Positions 19,356-31,955 are shown, numbered from the stretch's first letter. The stretch: 64,000 nt of DNA from Acidimicrobiales bacterium (GCA_030681555.1 JAUXRW010000030.1:22396-86395), one strand, 5' to 3'. Notes: generated from the sequence alone by a model not told the origin. Made by a program: numbers and translations.

Positions 19356-20494
19356 GCCTGGAGGACCTCGACGTCAGGCGGGCCCGCGCCGCCCTGCCCC
19401 GCATGGACGTCGCCGCCCGGCTGACCGGGCTGCAGGCTGACCTGGACCGGCTCGACCCGGCCTGCGACGCAGTCCTGATCACGCATCTGACGAACATCCG
19501 CTACCTCACGGGCTTCACCGGTTCGGCAGCCCTGCTGCTGGTCACGCCCGACAGCGCGCTCCTGGTCACCGATGGGCGCTACGAGGAGCAGGCGGCCGGG
19601 GAGCTGGAGCAGGCCGGCGTGCCGGTCCACCTCGAGATCGGGCGCACCGTGGCGGTGCAGCGCCAGGCCCTCGTGGGCGCGTCGGCCGCCCACGGGCGGC
19701 TGGGCCTCGAGGCCGAGCAGGTCACCTGGGCGGATCAGCAGCGCTACGAGCGTGAATGGTTCCCGGACGTCGAGCTGGTCCCCACCCACCGCGTGGTGGA
19801 GGCCCGCCGGGCGGTGAAGGACGAGGGCGAGGTCGCCCGCATCGAGCTGGCCTGCGCGATCGCCGACGCTGCGCTGGCGTCGATGGCTCCCCACCTGGAG
19901 GCCGGCCCGACGGAAGCCGGCTTCGCGTCCGAGCTCGATGGCGCCATGCGCCGGCTCGGTGCCGACGACGTGTCCTTCGAGACCATCGTCGCCTCGGGGC
20001 CGAACGGCTCCCGACCCCACCACCTGCCCAGCGGTCGCGTGGTCAGCCGCGGCGACCTCGTCGTCATCGACTTCGGTGCGCTCGTCGATGGCTACCACTC
20101 GGACATGACCCGGACGCTCGCCGTCGGCGGCGCCGACGCCCTCGACGCCACCCAGCGCCGCATGGTGGAGGTCGTGCGGGCGTCCCAGGCGGCAGGGGTG
20201 GCGGCGGTCGCGCCCGGCGTGCCCACCGGCGACGTCGATCGGGCCTGCCGCGAGGTCATCGTGGAGGCGGGCTGGGGCGACGCCTTCGTGCACGGCACCG
20301 GGCACGGGGTGGGGCTCGACATCCACGAGGACCCGAGGGTGCCGGGAACCGGCGATGCTACGCTCGACGTCGGCCACGTCGTCACCGTCGAGCCGGGCGT
20401 CTACCTCCCCGGTCACGGCGGCGTCCGCGTCGAAGACACCGTCGTGGTCACCCCCGCCGGGCGCCGCACGCTCACGCGCTCGCCCAAGTCCTGA
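19352..20494 (+). CDS. Xaa-Pro aminopeptidase/dipeptidase (M24B)
   Basis: GTG at 19352 (GTGA overlap with aroQ; alternative ATG at 19403). Creatinase-like N-domain (NIRYLTGFTGS), metal ligands DFGA..DGYHSDMTRT, HGTGHGVGLDIHE, VEPG.Y, VRVEDT. Confidence 0.9.
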   Translation: MSLEDLDVRRARAALPRMDVAARLTGLQADLDRLDPACDAVLITHLTNIRYLTGFTGSAALLLVTPDSALLVTDGRYEEQAAGELEQAGVPVHLEIGRTVAVQRQALVGASAAHGRLGLEAEQVTWADQQRYEREWFPDVELVPTHRVVEARRAVKDEGEVARIELACAIADAALASMAPHLEAGPTEAGFASELDGAMRRLGADDVSFETIVASGPNGSRPHHLPSGRVVSRGDLVVIDFGALVDGYHSDMTRTLAVGGADALDATQRRMVEVVRASQAAGVAAVAPGVPTGDVDRACREVIVEAGWGDAFVHGTGHGVGLDIHEDPRVPGTGDATLDVGHVVTVEPGVYLPGHGGVRVEDTVVVTPAGRRTLTRSPKS

Positions 20495-20511
20495 TACGAG
20501 GTTCCACCACG

Positions 20512-21075
20512 ATGGCTGCTGTCTCCACGAACGACCTGAAGCGGGGCATGTCCCTGGCGCTGGCCGACGGGCTGTTCCAGGTCGTCGACTTCCAGCACGT
20601 GAAGCCCGGCAAGGGCGGCGCCTTCGTGCGCACCACGCTGCGAAACACCCGAACCGGGGCGCAGATGGACCGCACGTTCCGGGCCGACGAGAAGCTGGAG
20701 CAGGCGATGATCGACAAGCGGGACATGCAGTACCTGTACCGAGACACCGACGACTACGTCTTCATGGACAACGAGAGCTATGACCAGCTGAGCGTGCCGC
20801 CCACCTCGCTGGGCAGCGCAGCCAACTTCATCGTCGACGGCTCCACCGTCACGCTCATGATGTACGGCGACGAGATCGTCGGCTCCGACCTGCCGGCCGC
20901 GGTGGAGCTGAACGTGACCGACACCGAGCCTGGCGTGCAGGGCGACCGCGTGTCCGGGGCCCGCAAGCCCGCCACGTTGGAGACGGGACTCGTCGTCCAG
21001 GTGCCGCTGTTCGTGAACCCCGGCGACCGCATCAAGGTCGACACCCGCTCGTCCGAGTACATCACCCGCGCCTGA
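20512..21075 (+). CDS. efp: Elongation factor P
   Basis: 187 aa. STNDLK.G, HVKPGKGGAFVRT.LRN..TG, three-domain length. Confidence 0.97.
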   Translation: MAAVSTNDLKRGMSLALADGLFQVVDFQHVKPGKGGAFVRTTLRNTRTGAQMDRTFRADEKLEQAMIDKRDMQYLYRDTDDYVFMDNESYDQLSVPPTSLGSAANFIVDGSTVTLMMYGDEIVGSDLPAAVELNVTDTEPGVQGDRVSGARKPATLETGLVVQVPLFVNPGDRIKVDTRSSEYITRA

Positions 21076-22145
21076 TGTCGCGAGCGAGCGAGCGGCGCGC
21101 GGCGCGCGAGCGGGCGCTCGGCCTGCTCTACGAGGCCGAGGCGAAGGGCACCGACGCCGCCACTGTCCTGGCCGACCTCCCGGTGGAGGCCGACGACTTC
21201 GCCGTCTCCCTCGTGCTGGCCGTCGACGAGCACCGCACACGCATCGACGAGCTGCTCGAGCGATTCGCCGAGGGCTGGTCGCTGCGGCGCATGCCGGCGC
21301 TCGACCGGGCCGCCCTGCGGATGGGCTCCGCTGAGTTGATCGCGCGGCCCGACGTGCCCACGGGCGTCGTGCTGGCGGAGACGGTCGACCTGGCCTCTCG
21401 CTTCTCCACCGACGCGTCGGGCCGCTTCGTCAACGGCCTCCTCGCCAGGGTGGCGCGCGAAGTCCGGCCGGGCAACGATCGCCACGCGCCGGCCGACGAG
21501 GTGGGCGCCGACGACGACCCTGCAGGGCCGCTGGAGCCGGCGGCGGACGGCCTGATCATCGACCTGGACGGCGTCATCCGGCACTGGGACCCGGAGCACC
21601 AGGGCCAGGTCGAGGAGCGGCTCCGGCTGCCCGCCGGCTCGCTCGGCGCCGCCGCCTTCGAGCCGGACCGGCTGGCCAGGGCCATGGACGGCCGCCTGTC
21701 GTTCGAGGGCTGGTGCCAGGAGATCGGCGCTGCGCTGGCCGAAGCGCACGGGGCGGACGCGGACGCCGTGGCCGAGGCGTGGGACGCGTCGGGCTGGGAC
21801 ATCGACCTCGGCGTCGTCGACCTGGTGGCGCGCGTCCGGGACACGGTGCCCGTCGCCCTGCTGTCCAACGCCACCACCCGGCTCCAGGCCGACCTCGAGT
21901 GGTCGGAGATCGCGCACGAGTTCGACGCGATCGTGGGCTCCGCCGACATCCGGGAGGCCAAGCCGGCCGCGGCGGCGTTCCAAGCGGCTGCCGACCGGCT
22001 TGGCGTCGATCTGCGGCGGTGCGCGTTCGTCGACGACACCCCGGGACACGTCGAAGCGGCCCGGGCGCTGGGGCTGCGAGCGGAGGTGTTCACGGGGGTC
22101 GACGGGCTCCGCGACCTCCTCGTGGAGCTCGGTCTGCTGCGGTGA
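21075..22145 (+). CDS. nusB: NusB antitermination factor fused to a C-terminal HAD-superfamily hydrolase domain
   Basis: One uninterrupted 356-aa ORF. Residues 1 to about 135 are NusB-like (RRAARERALGLLYEAE, RMPALDRAALRMGSAEL, ETVDLASRFSTDASGRFVNGLLARV). After an acidic linker, all four HAD motifs follow: IIDLDGVI, LLSNAT, EAKP, FVDDTPGH. Confidence 0.85.
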   Translation: MSRASERRAARERALGLLYEAEAKGTDAATVLADLPVEADDFAVSLVLAVDEHRTRIDELLERFAEGWSLRRMPALDRAALRMGSAELIARPDVPTGVVLAETVDLASRFSTDASGRFVNGLLARVAREVRPGNDRHAPADEVGADDDPAGPLEPAADGLIIDLDGVIRHWDPEHQGQVEERLRLPAGSLGAAAFEPDRLARAMDGRLSFEGWCQEIGAALAEAHGADADAVAEAWDASGWDIDLGVVDLVARVRDTVPVALLSNATTRLQADLEWSEIAHEFDAIVGSADIREAKPAAAAFQAAADRLGVDLRRCAFVDDTPGHVEAARALGLRAEVFTGVDGLRDLLVELGLLR

Positions 22146-22702
22146 CGCCCGGACACGCCCGCCGCCGGCCGAGTCCGAAGCCCGCCATCCCTCTGCCCGA
22201 CCCCCCGCTCGGCGAGGGCGCCGTGTGCCTGCGCCCGTGGTCGGTAGCCGATGCGGCTGCCCTCGTGGCGGGGTGGAGCGACCCGGAGGTGGCGCGCTGG
22301 ACGGGCGTGCCCGACCGCACGGAGGAGGTCGCGGCGCGCCGCTGGATCGAGGGGGAGGCGGATCGTCGGGCGCGGGGCCTGGCCCTCGACCTCGTCGTCG
22401 ATCTCGACGGCGCAGTGGTGGGCGAGGTCGGGCTGAGCAGCCTCGACCCCGACGCCGGCACGGTGGAGATCGGGTGGTGGATCGACGTAGCCCACCGCCG
22501 CAGGGGCCTGGCCACGGTCGCCGCCCGCCTCATGGCCACCTGGTCGGTCGCCGAGCTGTGCGTCAACACGGTCCTCGCCACGTGCGATCCGGCCAACCCG
22601 CCCTCCGGGGGCGTGGCCCGTTCGGCCGGCTTCGCGCCGGGCGGCGAGGACGGCGTGTGGACGTTCCGCGACGGGGGAGGACGTGGTACGGTGCCTCCCT
22701 GA
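22142..22702 (+). CDS. GNAT-family N-acetyltransferase (RimJ/RimL-like)
   Basis: GTG at 22142 (GTGA overlap with nusB). LRPW...DA.AL......DPEV.RW, EIGWWI....RRRGLAT.AARL. Confidence 0.8.
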   Translation: MTPGHARRRPSPKPAIPLPDPPLGEGAVCLRPWSVADAAALVAGWSDPEVARWTGVPDRTEEVAARRWIEGEADRRARGLALDLVVDLDGAVVGEVGLSSLDPDAGTVEIGWWIDVAHRRRGLATVAARLMATWSVAELCVNTVLATCDPANPPSGGVARSAGFAPGGEDGVWTFRDGGGRGTVPP

Positions 22703-22733
22703 CCGTGAAGCGAGTCCCGTGAGGCTCGCACGG
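22703..22733 (+). promoter_or_regulatory. PyrR-binding RNA hairpin (pyr leader binding-loop type)
   Basis: CCGU GAA GCGAG UCCCGUGAGG CUCGC ACGG. Two stems are separated by a purine bulge. The loop/upper stem GAGUCCCGUGAGGCUC resembles the PyrR binding-loop consensus ARUCCAGAGAGGYU. It sits 3 nt upstream of an AGGAAGGA Shine-Dalgarno sequence and directly upstream of pyrR. Confidence 0.7.
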
Positions 22734-22749
22734 ACAGGAAGGAACCGGC

Positions 22750-23325
22750 TTGGCCGAACGAGAACGGCGCTCGACGCCCCCGTACGGGGGCGTTTTCGTT
22801 GCCCGCTCCCAGGTGATGGACGCCGACGACGTCCGCCGGGCGATCTGGCGGATGAGCCACGAGATCGTCGAGCGCAACCACGGCCTCGACGGTGTGGTGC
22901 TGGTTGGTCTGCAGACCGGCGGGGTCGCGCTGGCCCACGCCTTCGCTGACGCCCTCCAGGAGATCGACGGCGCCAGCCCGCCTGTGGGCACCCTCGACGT
23001 GGCGTTGTACCGCGACGACATCGGCATCCGTCCAGTCCTCCCGGAGGCCGTCACCGAGATCCCCGTCGACCTCGACGGCGCCATCGTGGTGCTCGTCGAC
23101 GACGTGCTCTTCACCGGCCGCACCATCCGGGCCGCCCTCGACGCCTTGAACGCCTTCGGCCGGGTGCGGGCAGTCCAGCTCGCGGTCATGGTCGACCGCG
23201 GGCACCGCGAGCTGCCCATCCGCCCCGACTTCGTGGGCAAGAACCTGCCCACCCGCCGCGACGAGATGGTGAACGTCAGCCCCTCGGGCGTCGACCTCGG
23301 TGAGCTCGTGAAGGACGGCCGCTGA
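22750..23325 (+). CDS. pyrR: Bifunctional pyr operon regulator / uracil phosphoribosyltransferase PyrR
   Basis: Track ORF (TTG start with an AGGAAGGA SD 6 nt upstream). DDVRRAI.RM.HEI.ERN, LVG....G, TLYRDD, VLVDDVLFTGRT.RAALDAL...GR......AV.VDRGHRELPIRPD.VGKN.PT. Alternative start at ATG 22816 (169 aa) if the terminator-like hairpin is leader RNA. Confidence 0.93.
   Translation: MAERERRSTPPYGGVFVARSQVMDADDVRRAIWRMSHEIVERNHGLDGVVLVGLQTGGVALAHAFADALQEIDGASPPVGTLDVALYRDDIGIRPVLPEAVTEIPVDLDGAIVVLVDDVLFTGRTIRAALDALNAFGRVRAVQLAVMVDRGHRELPIRPDFVGKNLPTRRDEMVNVSPSGVDLGELVKDGR
22775..22800 (+). terminator. Intrinsic-terminator-like hairpin (CGCCCCC GUAC GGGGGCG followed by UUUUCGUU)
   Basis: Perfect 7-bp GC stem with a tetraloop and a T-run, which is rare in this GC-rich DNA. 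It lies 25 nt downstream of the TTG at 22750 and 16 nt upstream of the ATG at 22816. Confidence 0.6.
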
Positions 23326-24329
23326 TGGCCCACCAGCACCTCCTCTCGGTGTCCGACCTAGCGGTCGAGGACCTCGAGCAGCTCCTCCGCCTCACCGATG
23401 CGTTCGCGGAGGTGAGCCGTCGGCAGATCCCGAAGGTCCCGGCGCTGCGAGGCAAGAACGTGGTGTGGCTCTTCTACGAGGACTCCACCCGCACGCGCCT
23501 CAGCTTCGAGCAGGCCGCCAAGCGGCTCTCCGCCGACACGATGACCTTCAGCGTGAGCTCCTCCTCGGTGAAGAAGGGCGAGTCGCTGCGTGACACCGTC
23601 CTCACGATCGAGGCCATGGGCGTCGACGGCATCGTGGTGCGCCACGGCTCGGCCGGCGTGCCCTGGCAGGTCGCCCGCTGGCTGGGCGACCGCGTCAGCG
23701 TCGTCAACGCCGGTGACGGCTGGCACGAGCACCCCACCCAGGCCCTCCTCGACTGCTACACGATCCGTGACCGGTGCGGCACGGTGGCGGGGCTGCGCAT
23801 CGGCATCGTGGGTGACGTCAAGCACAGCCGGGTCGCCCGGTCCGACGTCCTCGCCTTCACGGCCCTGGGTGCCGAGGTGACCCTCATCGCCCCGCCCACG
23901 CTGCTGCCCTCGAACATCGAGGGGTGGCCCGTGCGGGTGAGCCACGACCTTGACGCCGTGCTCCCCGACCTCGATGTCGTCTACCTGCTGCGGATGCAAC
24001 GGGAGCGCATGACCGAGCACCTCATCCCGTCGCTCCGCGAGTACACGGCCCGCTACGGCCTGACCGAGCGGCGCGTCGACGCCATGCGCGACGACGCCAT
24101 CGTCATGCACCCCGGCCCGATGAACCGCGGCGTGGAGATCAGCGCCGAGGTGGCCGACCTCCCCCGCTCGGTCATCATCGACCAGGTCCGCAACGGCGTG
24201 GCCGTTCGCATGGCGGTGCTGTACCTGCTGCTCGGCTCGGGTGTCGACCGCGTGCTCGGCACTGCACCGCTGGATGCCGACGCCCTCCTCACCGCCCCCG
24301 AGCCCGTCGTCGAAGGAGCTGTTGGCTGA
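23325..24329 (+). CDS. pyrB: Aspartate carbamoyltransferase catalytic subunit
   Basis: 334 aa. FYEDSTRTRLSFE.AAKRL, HPTQALLD, HPGP.NRG.EI. Confidence 0.97.
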   Translation: MAHQHLLSVSDLAVEDLEQLLRLTDAFAEVSRRQIPKVPALRGKNVVWLFYEDSTRTRLSFEQAAKRLSADTMTFSVSSSSVKKGESLRDTVLTIEAMGVDGIVVRHGSAGVPWQVARWLGDRVSVVNAGDGWHEHPTQALLDCYTIRDRCGTVAGLRIGIVGDVKHSRVARSDVLAFTALGAEVTLIAPPTLLPSNIEGWPVRVSHDLDAVLPDLDVVYLLRMQRERMTEHLIPSLREYTARYGLTERRVDAMRDDAIVMHPGPMNRGVEISAEVADLPRSVIIDQVRNGVAVRMAVLYLLLGSGVDRVLGTAPLDADALLTAPEPVVEGAVG

Positions 24330-25633
24330 TGGCTGCCCCCGAGGGCACGACGATCGTCCTCAAGGGAGGCCGTGTGGTCGATGCCGACGGTGAGCGCACC
24401 GCCGACGTGGTCATCGCGGATGGTCTCGTTGTGGGCGTGGGGCCCGACCTGAGCGGCGAACGGACCCTGGACGCCGCCGGCTGCATCGTCGCCCCCGGGC
24501 TGGTCGACCTCCACAGCCACCTGCGTCAGCCCGGCCAGGAGGAGGCCGAGACCATCGAGACGGGCGCCCGGGCGGCCGCCCTCGGCGGGTACACCTGCAT
24601 CCTCGCCATGCCCAACACGATCCCGGCCGTCGACCACGCCGGCATCGTCCGAGAGGTGCTCGAGCTCGGACGGGCCGCCCCGTGCGACGTGCTGACGGCC
24701 GGGGCCATCACCGTTGGACGCGCGGGCGAGCAGCTCGCGCCGCTCGGCGAGATGGCCGCCCTCGGCGTCCGGTTCTTCACCGACGACGGCGCTGGGGTCG
24801 CCGACGCCCGCCTGATGCGCCGGGCCATGGAGTACGCGGGCGGCCTGCACCACGCCGGTCGCGGGGTCGTGCTGGCGCAGCACTGCGAGGACCCGGTCCT
24901 GGCCTCGGGTGGCCACATGCACGAGGGGGAGTGGTCGTCGAAGCTCGGCATCCCAGGCCAGCCGGCCGAGGCCGAGGAGCTGATGGTGATGCGCGACCTT
25001 GCGCTGGCCCGGCTCACCGGCACGAGGGTGCACTTCCAGCACCTGTCTACCGCAGGTTCGGTCGCCATGGTGGCGGCGGCGAAGGACGCCGGGCTGCCGG
25101 TGACCTGCGAGGTCACCACCCACCACTTCACGCTCACGCACGCCTCCTGCACGGGCTACGACCCTGTCTTCAAGGTGAACCCTCCGCTGCGCACCGACGC
25201 CGATGTGGTGGCCGTCCGGCAGGCCCTGGCCAACGGGTCGATCGACTGCATCGCGACGGACCACGCCCCGCACACGCAGGAGGCCAAGGAGGCCGCCTTC
25301 GACGCTGCTCCTCCCGGCATGCTCGGTCTGGAGACGGCGCTGGCCCTGACCCTCACCGAGCTCGATCTCCCCGTGGCGGAGGCGCTGGCGCTGCTGTCGT
25401 GGCGGCCCGCCGAGGTGCTCGGCGTGGAGGCGTCCCACGGCGGTCCGATCGTGCCTGGCCGTGCGGCCAACCTCACCGTCGTCGACCTCGAGGAGCGCTG
25501 GATCGTCGATCCCTCTGCCCTGGCCAGCCGCAGTCGCAACACCCCGTACGCGGGGCGCGAGCTCGCCGGCCGCGTCCGGCACACGGTCCTCCACGGGGAG
25601 CCGGTGGTCATCGATCGGGAGGCGCAGCGATGA
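24329..25633 (+). CDS. pyrC: Dihydroorotase
   Basis: 434 aa. DLHSHLRQPG (HxH), FTDDG, and ATDHAPH. Confidence 0.95.
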   Translation: MAAPEGTTIVLKGGRVVDADGERTADVVIADGLVVGVGPDLSGERTLDAAGCIVAPGLVDLHSHLRQPGQEEAETIETGARAAALGGYTCILAMPNTIPAVDHAGIVREVLELGRAAPCDVLTAGAITVGRAGEQLAPLGEMAALGVRFFTDDGAGVADARLMRRAMEYAGGLHHAGRGVVLAQHCEDPVLASGGHMHEGEWSSKLGIPGQPAEAEELMVMRDLALARLTGTRVHFQHLSTAGSVAMVAAAKDAGLPVTCEVTTHHFTLTHASCTGYDPVFKVNPPLRTDADVVAVRQALANGSIDCIATDHAPHTQEAKEAAFDAAPPGMLGLETALALTLTELDLPVAEALALLSWRPAEVLGVEASHGGPIVPGRAANLTVVDLEERWIVDPSALASRSRNTPYAGRELAGRVRHTVLHGEPVVIDREAQR

Positions 25634-25652
25634 GGACCGGGGGTTGGTGGGA

Positions 25653-25690
25653 CCACCGGCGCTATGCACTAGACTGCATGATCATGCACG
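25653..25690. promoter_or_regulatory. ArgR-type operator (one full ARG box TGCATGATCATGCA plus an upstream ATGCA half box) in the pyrC-carA spacer
   Basis: The perfect 14-bp palindrome TGCATGATCATGCA at 25675-25688 is identical to the core of the box in front of argC (54542-54555). ATGCA at 25664-25668 sits where the 3' half of a second 18-bp box with a 2-bp spacer would fall. TAGACT (25670-25675) fits the -10 consensus TANNNT. Confidence 0.6.
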
Positions 25691-25727
25691 CGTCAGTCCT
25701 CGGCGATCATTGGGTCGGAGCCCAGTG

Positions 25728-26881
25728 ATGGCGGTGCGTGAGGCACTCCTGGTGCTGGCCGACGGCACCACCTTCGAGGGGGAGGCCATCGGTGCCGACG
25801 TGGGGGGACCCGCCTGCGGCGAAATCGTGTTCAACACCGTGCTCGCCGGCTACCAGGAGGTCATCACCGACCCTTCGTACGCGGGCCAGATCATCACCTT
25901 CACCTACCCGCACATCGGCAACTACGGCGTGAACCTCGCGGATTTCGAGTCTCGGCGGCCGTTCTGCCGCGGGGTCGTCGTGAGAGAGCTGGCCCGGCGC
26001 CGGTCGAGCTGGCGCAGCGAGGCCGACCTCGATGCCCAGCTCCGTGCGTACGGGATTCCCGGCATCGCGGGCGTCGACACCCGAAAACTCACCCGTCGCA
26101 TCCGCAACGTGGGGGCGCTCCCCGGGGCCTTCGGGCCCGTGGACGCGGTGGACGAGGCCACCCTGCTCGCCGCCGCCCGCGCCGAGCCGGGCACCGACAG
26201 CGTGGACCTGGTGGCCCAGGTGACCACCCCGAACGCCTACCGGCTGACCACCGGTGGGCGCCCGCTGGTCGTCGCCTACGACTTCGGCATCAAGCACACG
26301 ATCCTTCGCCACCTGGCCTCGTGGTTCGACCTGGAGGTCGTGCCGGCCTCGACGACGGCGTCGGACGTCCTGGCTCGCGACCCCGCAGGGGTGTTCCTCT
26401 CGAACGGACCGGGTGATCCCGCCGCTGTGGGCTACGCCAGCGATGCCATATCAGACCTGCTCGGCAACGTGCCGGTGTTCGGCATCTGCCTCGGCCACCA
26501 GCTGCTCGGCCGGGCCCTGGGGGGCGCGACGGTGAAGCTCCCGTTCGGCCACCACGGCGGCAACCACCCCGTGCGCAACCTCGCCACGGGCCGGGTCGAG
26601 ATCACGAGCCAGAACCACAACTTCGCGGTGGATGCCGACTCGCTGGCGGGTCGGGCGGAGATGAGCCACGTGAACCTCAACGACGGCGTGTGCGAGGGCC
26701 TGCGCGTGCTGGACGCACCGGCCTTCAGCGTGCAGCACCACCCGGAGGCCGGCCCGGGTCCGCACGACAGCGCGTACCTCTTCGAGGACTTCGCCACGCT
26801 GCTCGGGGTGACCGACCGCCGCGACCCTGAGGTCGTCGGCGAACCGACCGGGCTGCCGACGCCCGAGGAGGGGGTGGCCTG

Positions 26882-26882
<1 letters not shown>
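25728..26882 (+). CDS. carA: Carbamoyl-phosphate synthase small (glutaminase) subunit
   Basis: ATG at 25728 with a GGAG 7 nt upstream. LVLADGT.FEG...G, VFNT...GYQE..TDPSY.GQI..FTYP.IGNYG, catalytic [16 protein letters not shown]. Confidence 0.96.
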
Positions 26883-30190
<3,308 letters not shown>

Positions 30191-30206
30191 TCGAGGGAGA
30201 TCCGCC

Positions 30207-30920
30207 ATGACCGCCACCTCGACCCCGCAGGCCCTGCGCAGCCGCCTTGCCGTCGCCATCGACGTCGACGACGCCGTGGCCGCGCTGCGCATCGCCCGCG
30301 AGCTGCAGCCCTGGATCGGTGTGGCGAAGGTCGGGCTCGAGCTCTACAGCGCCGCCGGGCCGGACATCGTCGGCGGGCTGAGCGCCCTCGGCCTCGACGT
30401 CTTCTGCGACCTCAAGTTCCACGACATCCCGACGACCGTGCACCGCGCCGCGCGGGTCGTCGGCTCACTCGGTGCGCGCTACCTGAACTTCCACGCGCAG
30501 GGCGGCGTCGCCATGCTCACCGCCGGGGTCGACGGGTTTCTCGCCGGCGCGGCCGAAGCTGGCCTCCCCGCGCCGACCGCGCTCGCCGTCACCATCCTCA
30601 CGTCGGACGGCGACGCGCCTCCGCACATCCTCGGCAAGCGCGTCCAGGCCGCGCTCGAGGCGGGCTGTGGCGGGGTCGTGTGCGCAGCCAGCGACGTGCC
30701 CGAGGTCAAGCGGCTCGGTCCGCGCCTCGTCGCGGTGGTTCCCGGCATCCGACCGGTCGGCACCGACGCCCACGATCAAGCGCGCGTGGCCACCCCCGAC
30801 GCTGCCATCGCCGCCGGCGCGGACCTGCTCGTGCTGGGACGCGCGGTCACGCGCGCCGACGATCCCGCGGCTGCCGCGGCAGCCATCGCCACCTCGATCG
30901 AGCGCCTCGTCGGCAGCTGA
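30207..30920 (+). CDS. pyrF: Orotidine 5'-phosphate decarboxylase
   Basis: ATG at 30207 with a GAGGGAGA SD. LAVAIDV, KVGLEL, DLKFHDIPTT, VPGIRP, LVLGR. Confidence 0.92.
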   Translation: MTATSTPQALRSRLAVAIDVDDAVAALRIARELQPWIGVAKVGLELYSAAGPDIVGGLSALGLDVFCDLKFHDIPTTVHRAARVVGSLGARYLNFHAQGGVAMLTAGVDGFLAGAAEAGLPAPTALAVTILTSDGDAPPHILGKRVQAALEAGCGGVVCAASDVPEVKRLGPRLVAVVPGIRPVGTDAHDQARVATPDAAIAAGADLLVLGRAVTRADDPAAAAAAIATSIERLVGS

Positions 30921-30998
30921 GCTCGCCTCCGGGGAGAGCGGCACCGGCCTCGTCCGGCGGGGCTTGCGCCGCGAAGAACAGCCTGTAGGGTGCGCGCC

Positions 30999-31316
30999 AT
31001 GCCGCAGCCTCCCATCTTGACAGCCGAGCAGCGCGAGCAAGCACTGGCGAAAGCCGCTGAGGCGCGCCGGGCGCGTGCGGAGCTGAAGGAGCGGCTGAAG
31101 ATGGGTTCGCTGAGCCTCGCCGACCTGCTGGCGCATGCGGATGGCGACGACCACATCGGCAAGATGAAGGTCCTCGCGGTCATCGAGGCGCTCCCCGGCG
31201 TCGGCAAGGTGAAGGCGCGGCGGACGATGGAGGAGATCGGCATCGCCGACACCCGTCGCGTGCGAGGTCTCGGCGAGCAGCAGAAGAAGGCGCTCCTCGA
31301 GGTATTCGCCTCCTAG
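30999..31316 (+). CDS. mihF: Actinobacterial integration host factor (mIHF)
   Basis: MPQPPILTAEQREQALAKAAEARRARAELKERLK.GSLSL.DLL...D.D...GKMKV...IEALPGVGKVKA...MEEIGI...RR..GLG..Q. Alternative GTG start at 30990. Confidence 0.88.
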   Translation: MPQPPILTAEQREQALAKAAEARRARAELKERLKMGSLSLADLLAHADGDDHIGKMKVLAVIEALPGVGKVKARRTMEEIGIADTRRVRGLGEQQKKALLEVFAS

Positions 31317-31323
31317 GCCCGGG

Positions 31324-31875
31324 TTGATCATCGTCATCTCCGGGCCGGGCGGGGTCGGCAAGGGCACGCTCGTCGCCCAGCTCGTGGCTCGCGACCCGCG
31401 CCTCTGGCTCAGCCGCTCCTGGACCACGCGCGCGCCGCGGCCGGGGGAATCGCCCGACGCCTACACCTTCGTCACGCGCGAGGAGTTCGAGCGCCGGATC
31501 GCGGCCGACGGCTTCGTCGAGTGGGTCGAGTTCCTCGACTACCTCCAGGGCACACCCACGATCGACGAGGATCCCGATCACGACGTCGTGCTCGAGATCG
31601 ACGTCGAGGGCGCTCGCCAGGTGAAGGCGCTGCACCCCGGCGCCAGGCTCCTCTTCATCGACGCGCCCACGCGCGCCGAGCAGCAGCGTCGCCTCGAGGC
31701 GCGCGGGGACGCACCGGAGCGGGTGCGCCAGCGCCTCGCCATCGCCGACGACGAGGCCCAGCGATCGCAGGAGCTTGAGATGCAGCACGTCGTGAACGAC
31801 GACCTCGCCGAGGCCCTCGCAGAGGTCGAGGGGCTGATCGCCCGCTGGCGGGCCGAGGAGGCCCGAGAGCGCTGA
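31324..31875 (+). CDS. gmk: Guanylate kinase
   Basis: 183 aa, TTG start. P-loop [22 protein letters not shown]......F. Confidence 0.93.
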   Translation: MIIVISGPGGVGKGTLVAQLVARDPRLWLSRSWTTRAPRPGESPDAYTFVTREEFERRIAADGFVEWVEFLDYLQGTPTIDEDPDHDVVLEIDVEGARQVKALHPGARLLFIDAPTRAEQQRRLEARGDAPERVRQRLAIADDEAQRSQELEMQHVVNDDLAEALAEVEGLIARWRAEEARER

Positions 31876-31955
31876 CGGTCCGGCCCGGATGCACGGTCCG
31901 GGGGCGGGCCGCTGCTAACATCGCGTGTCCCCTCCGCAAGCGAACAGGACCCTCC

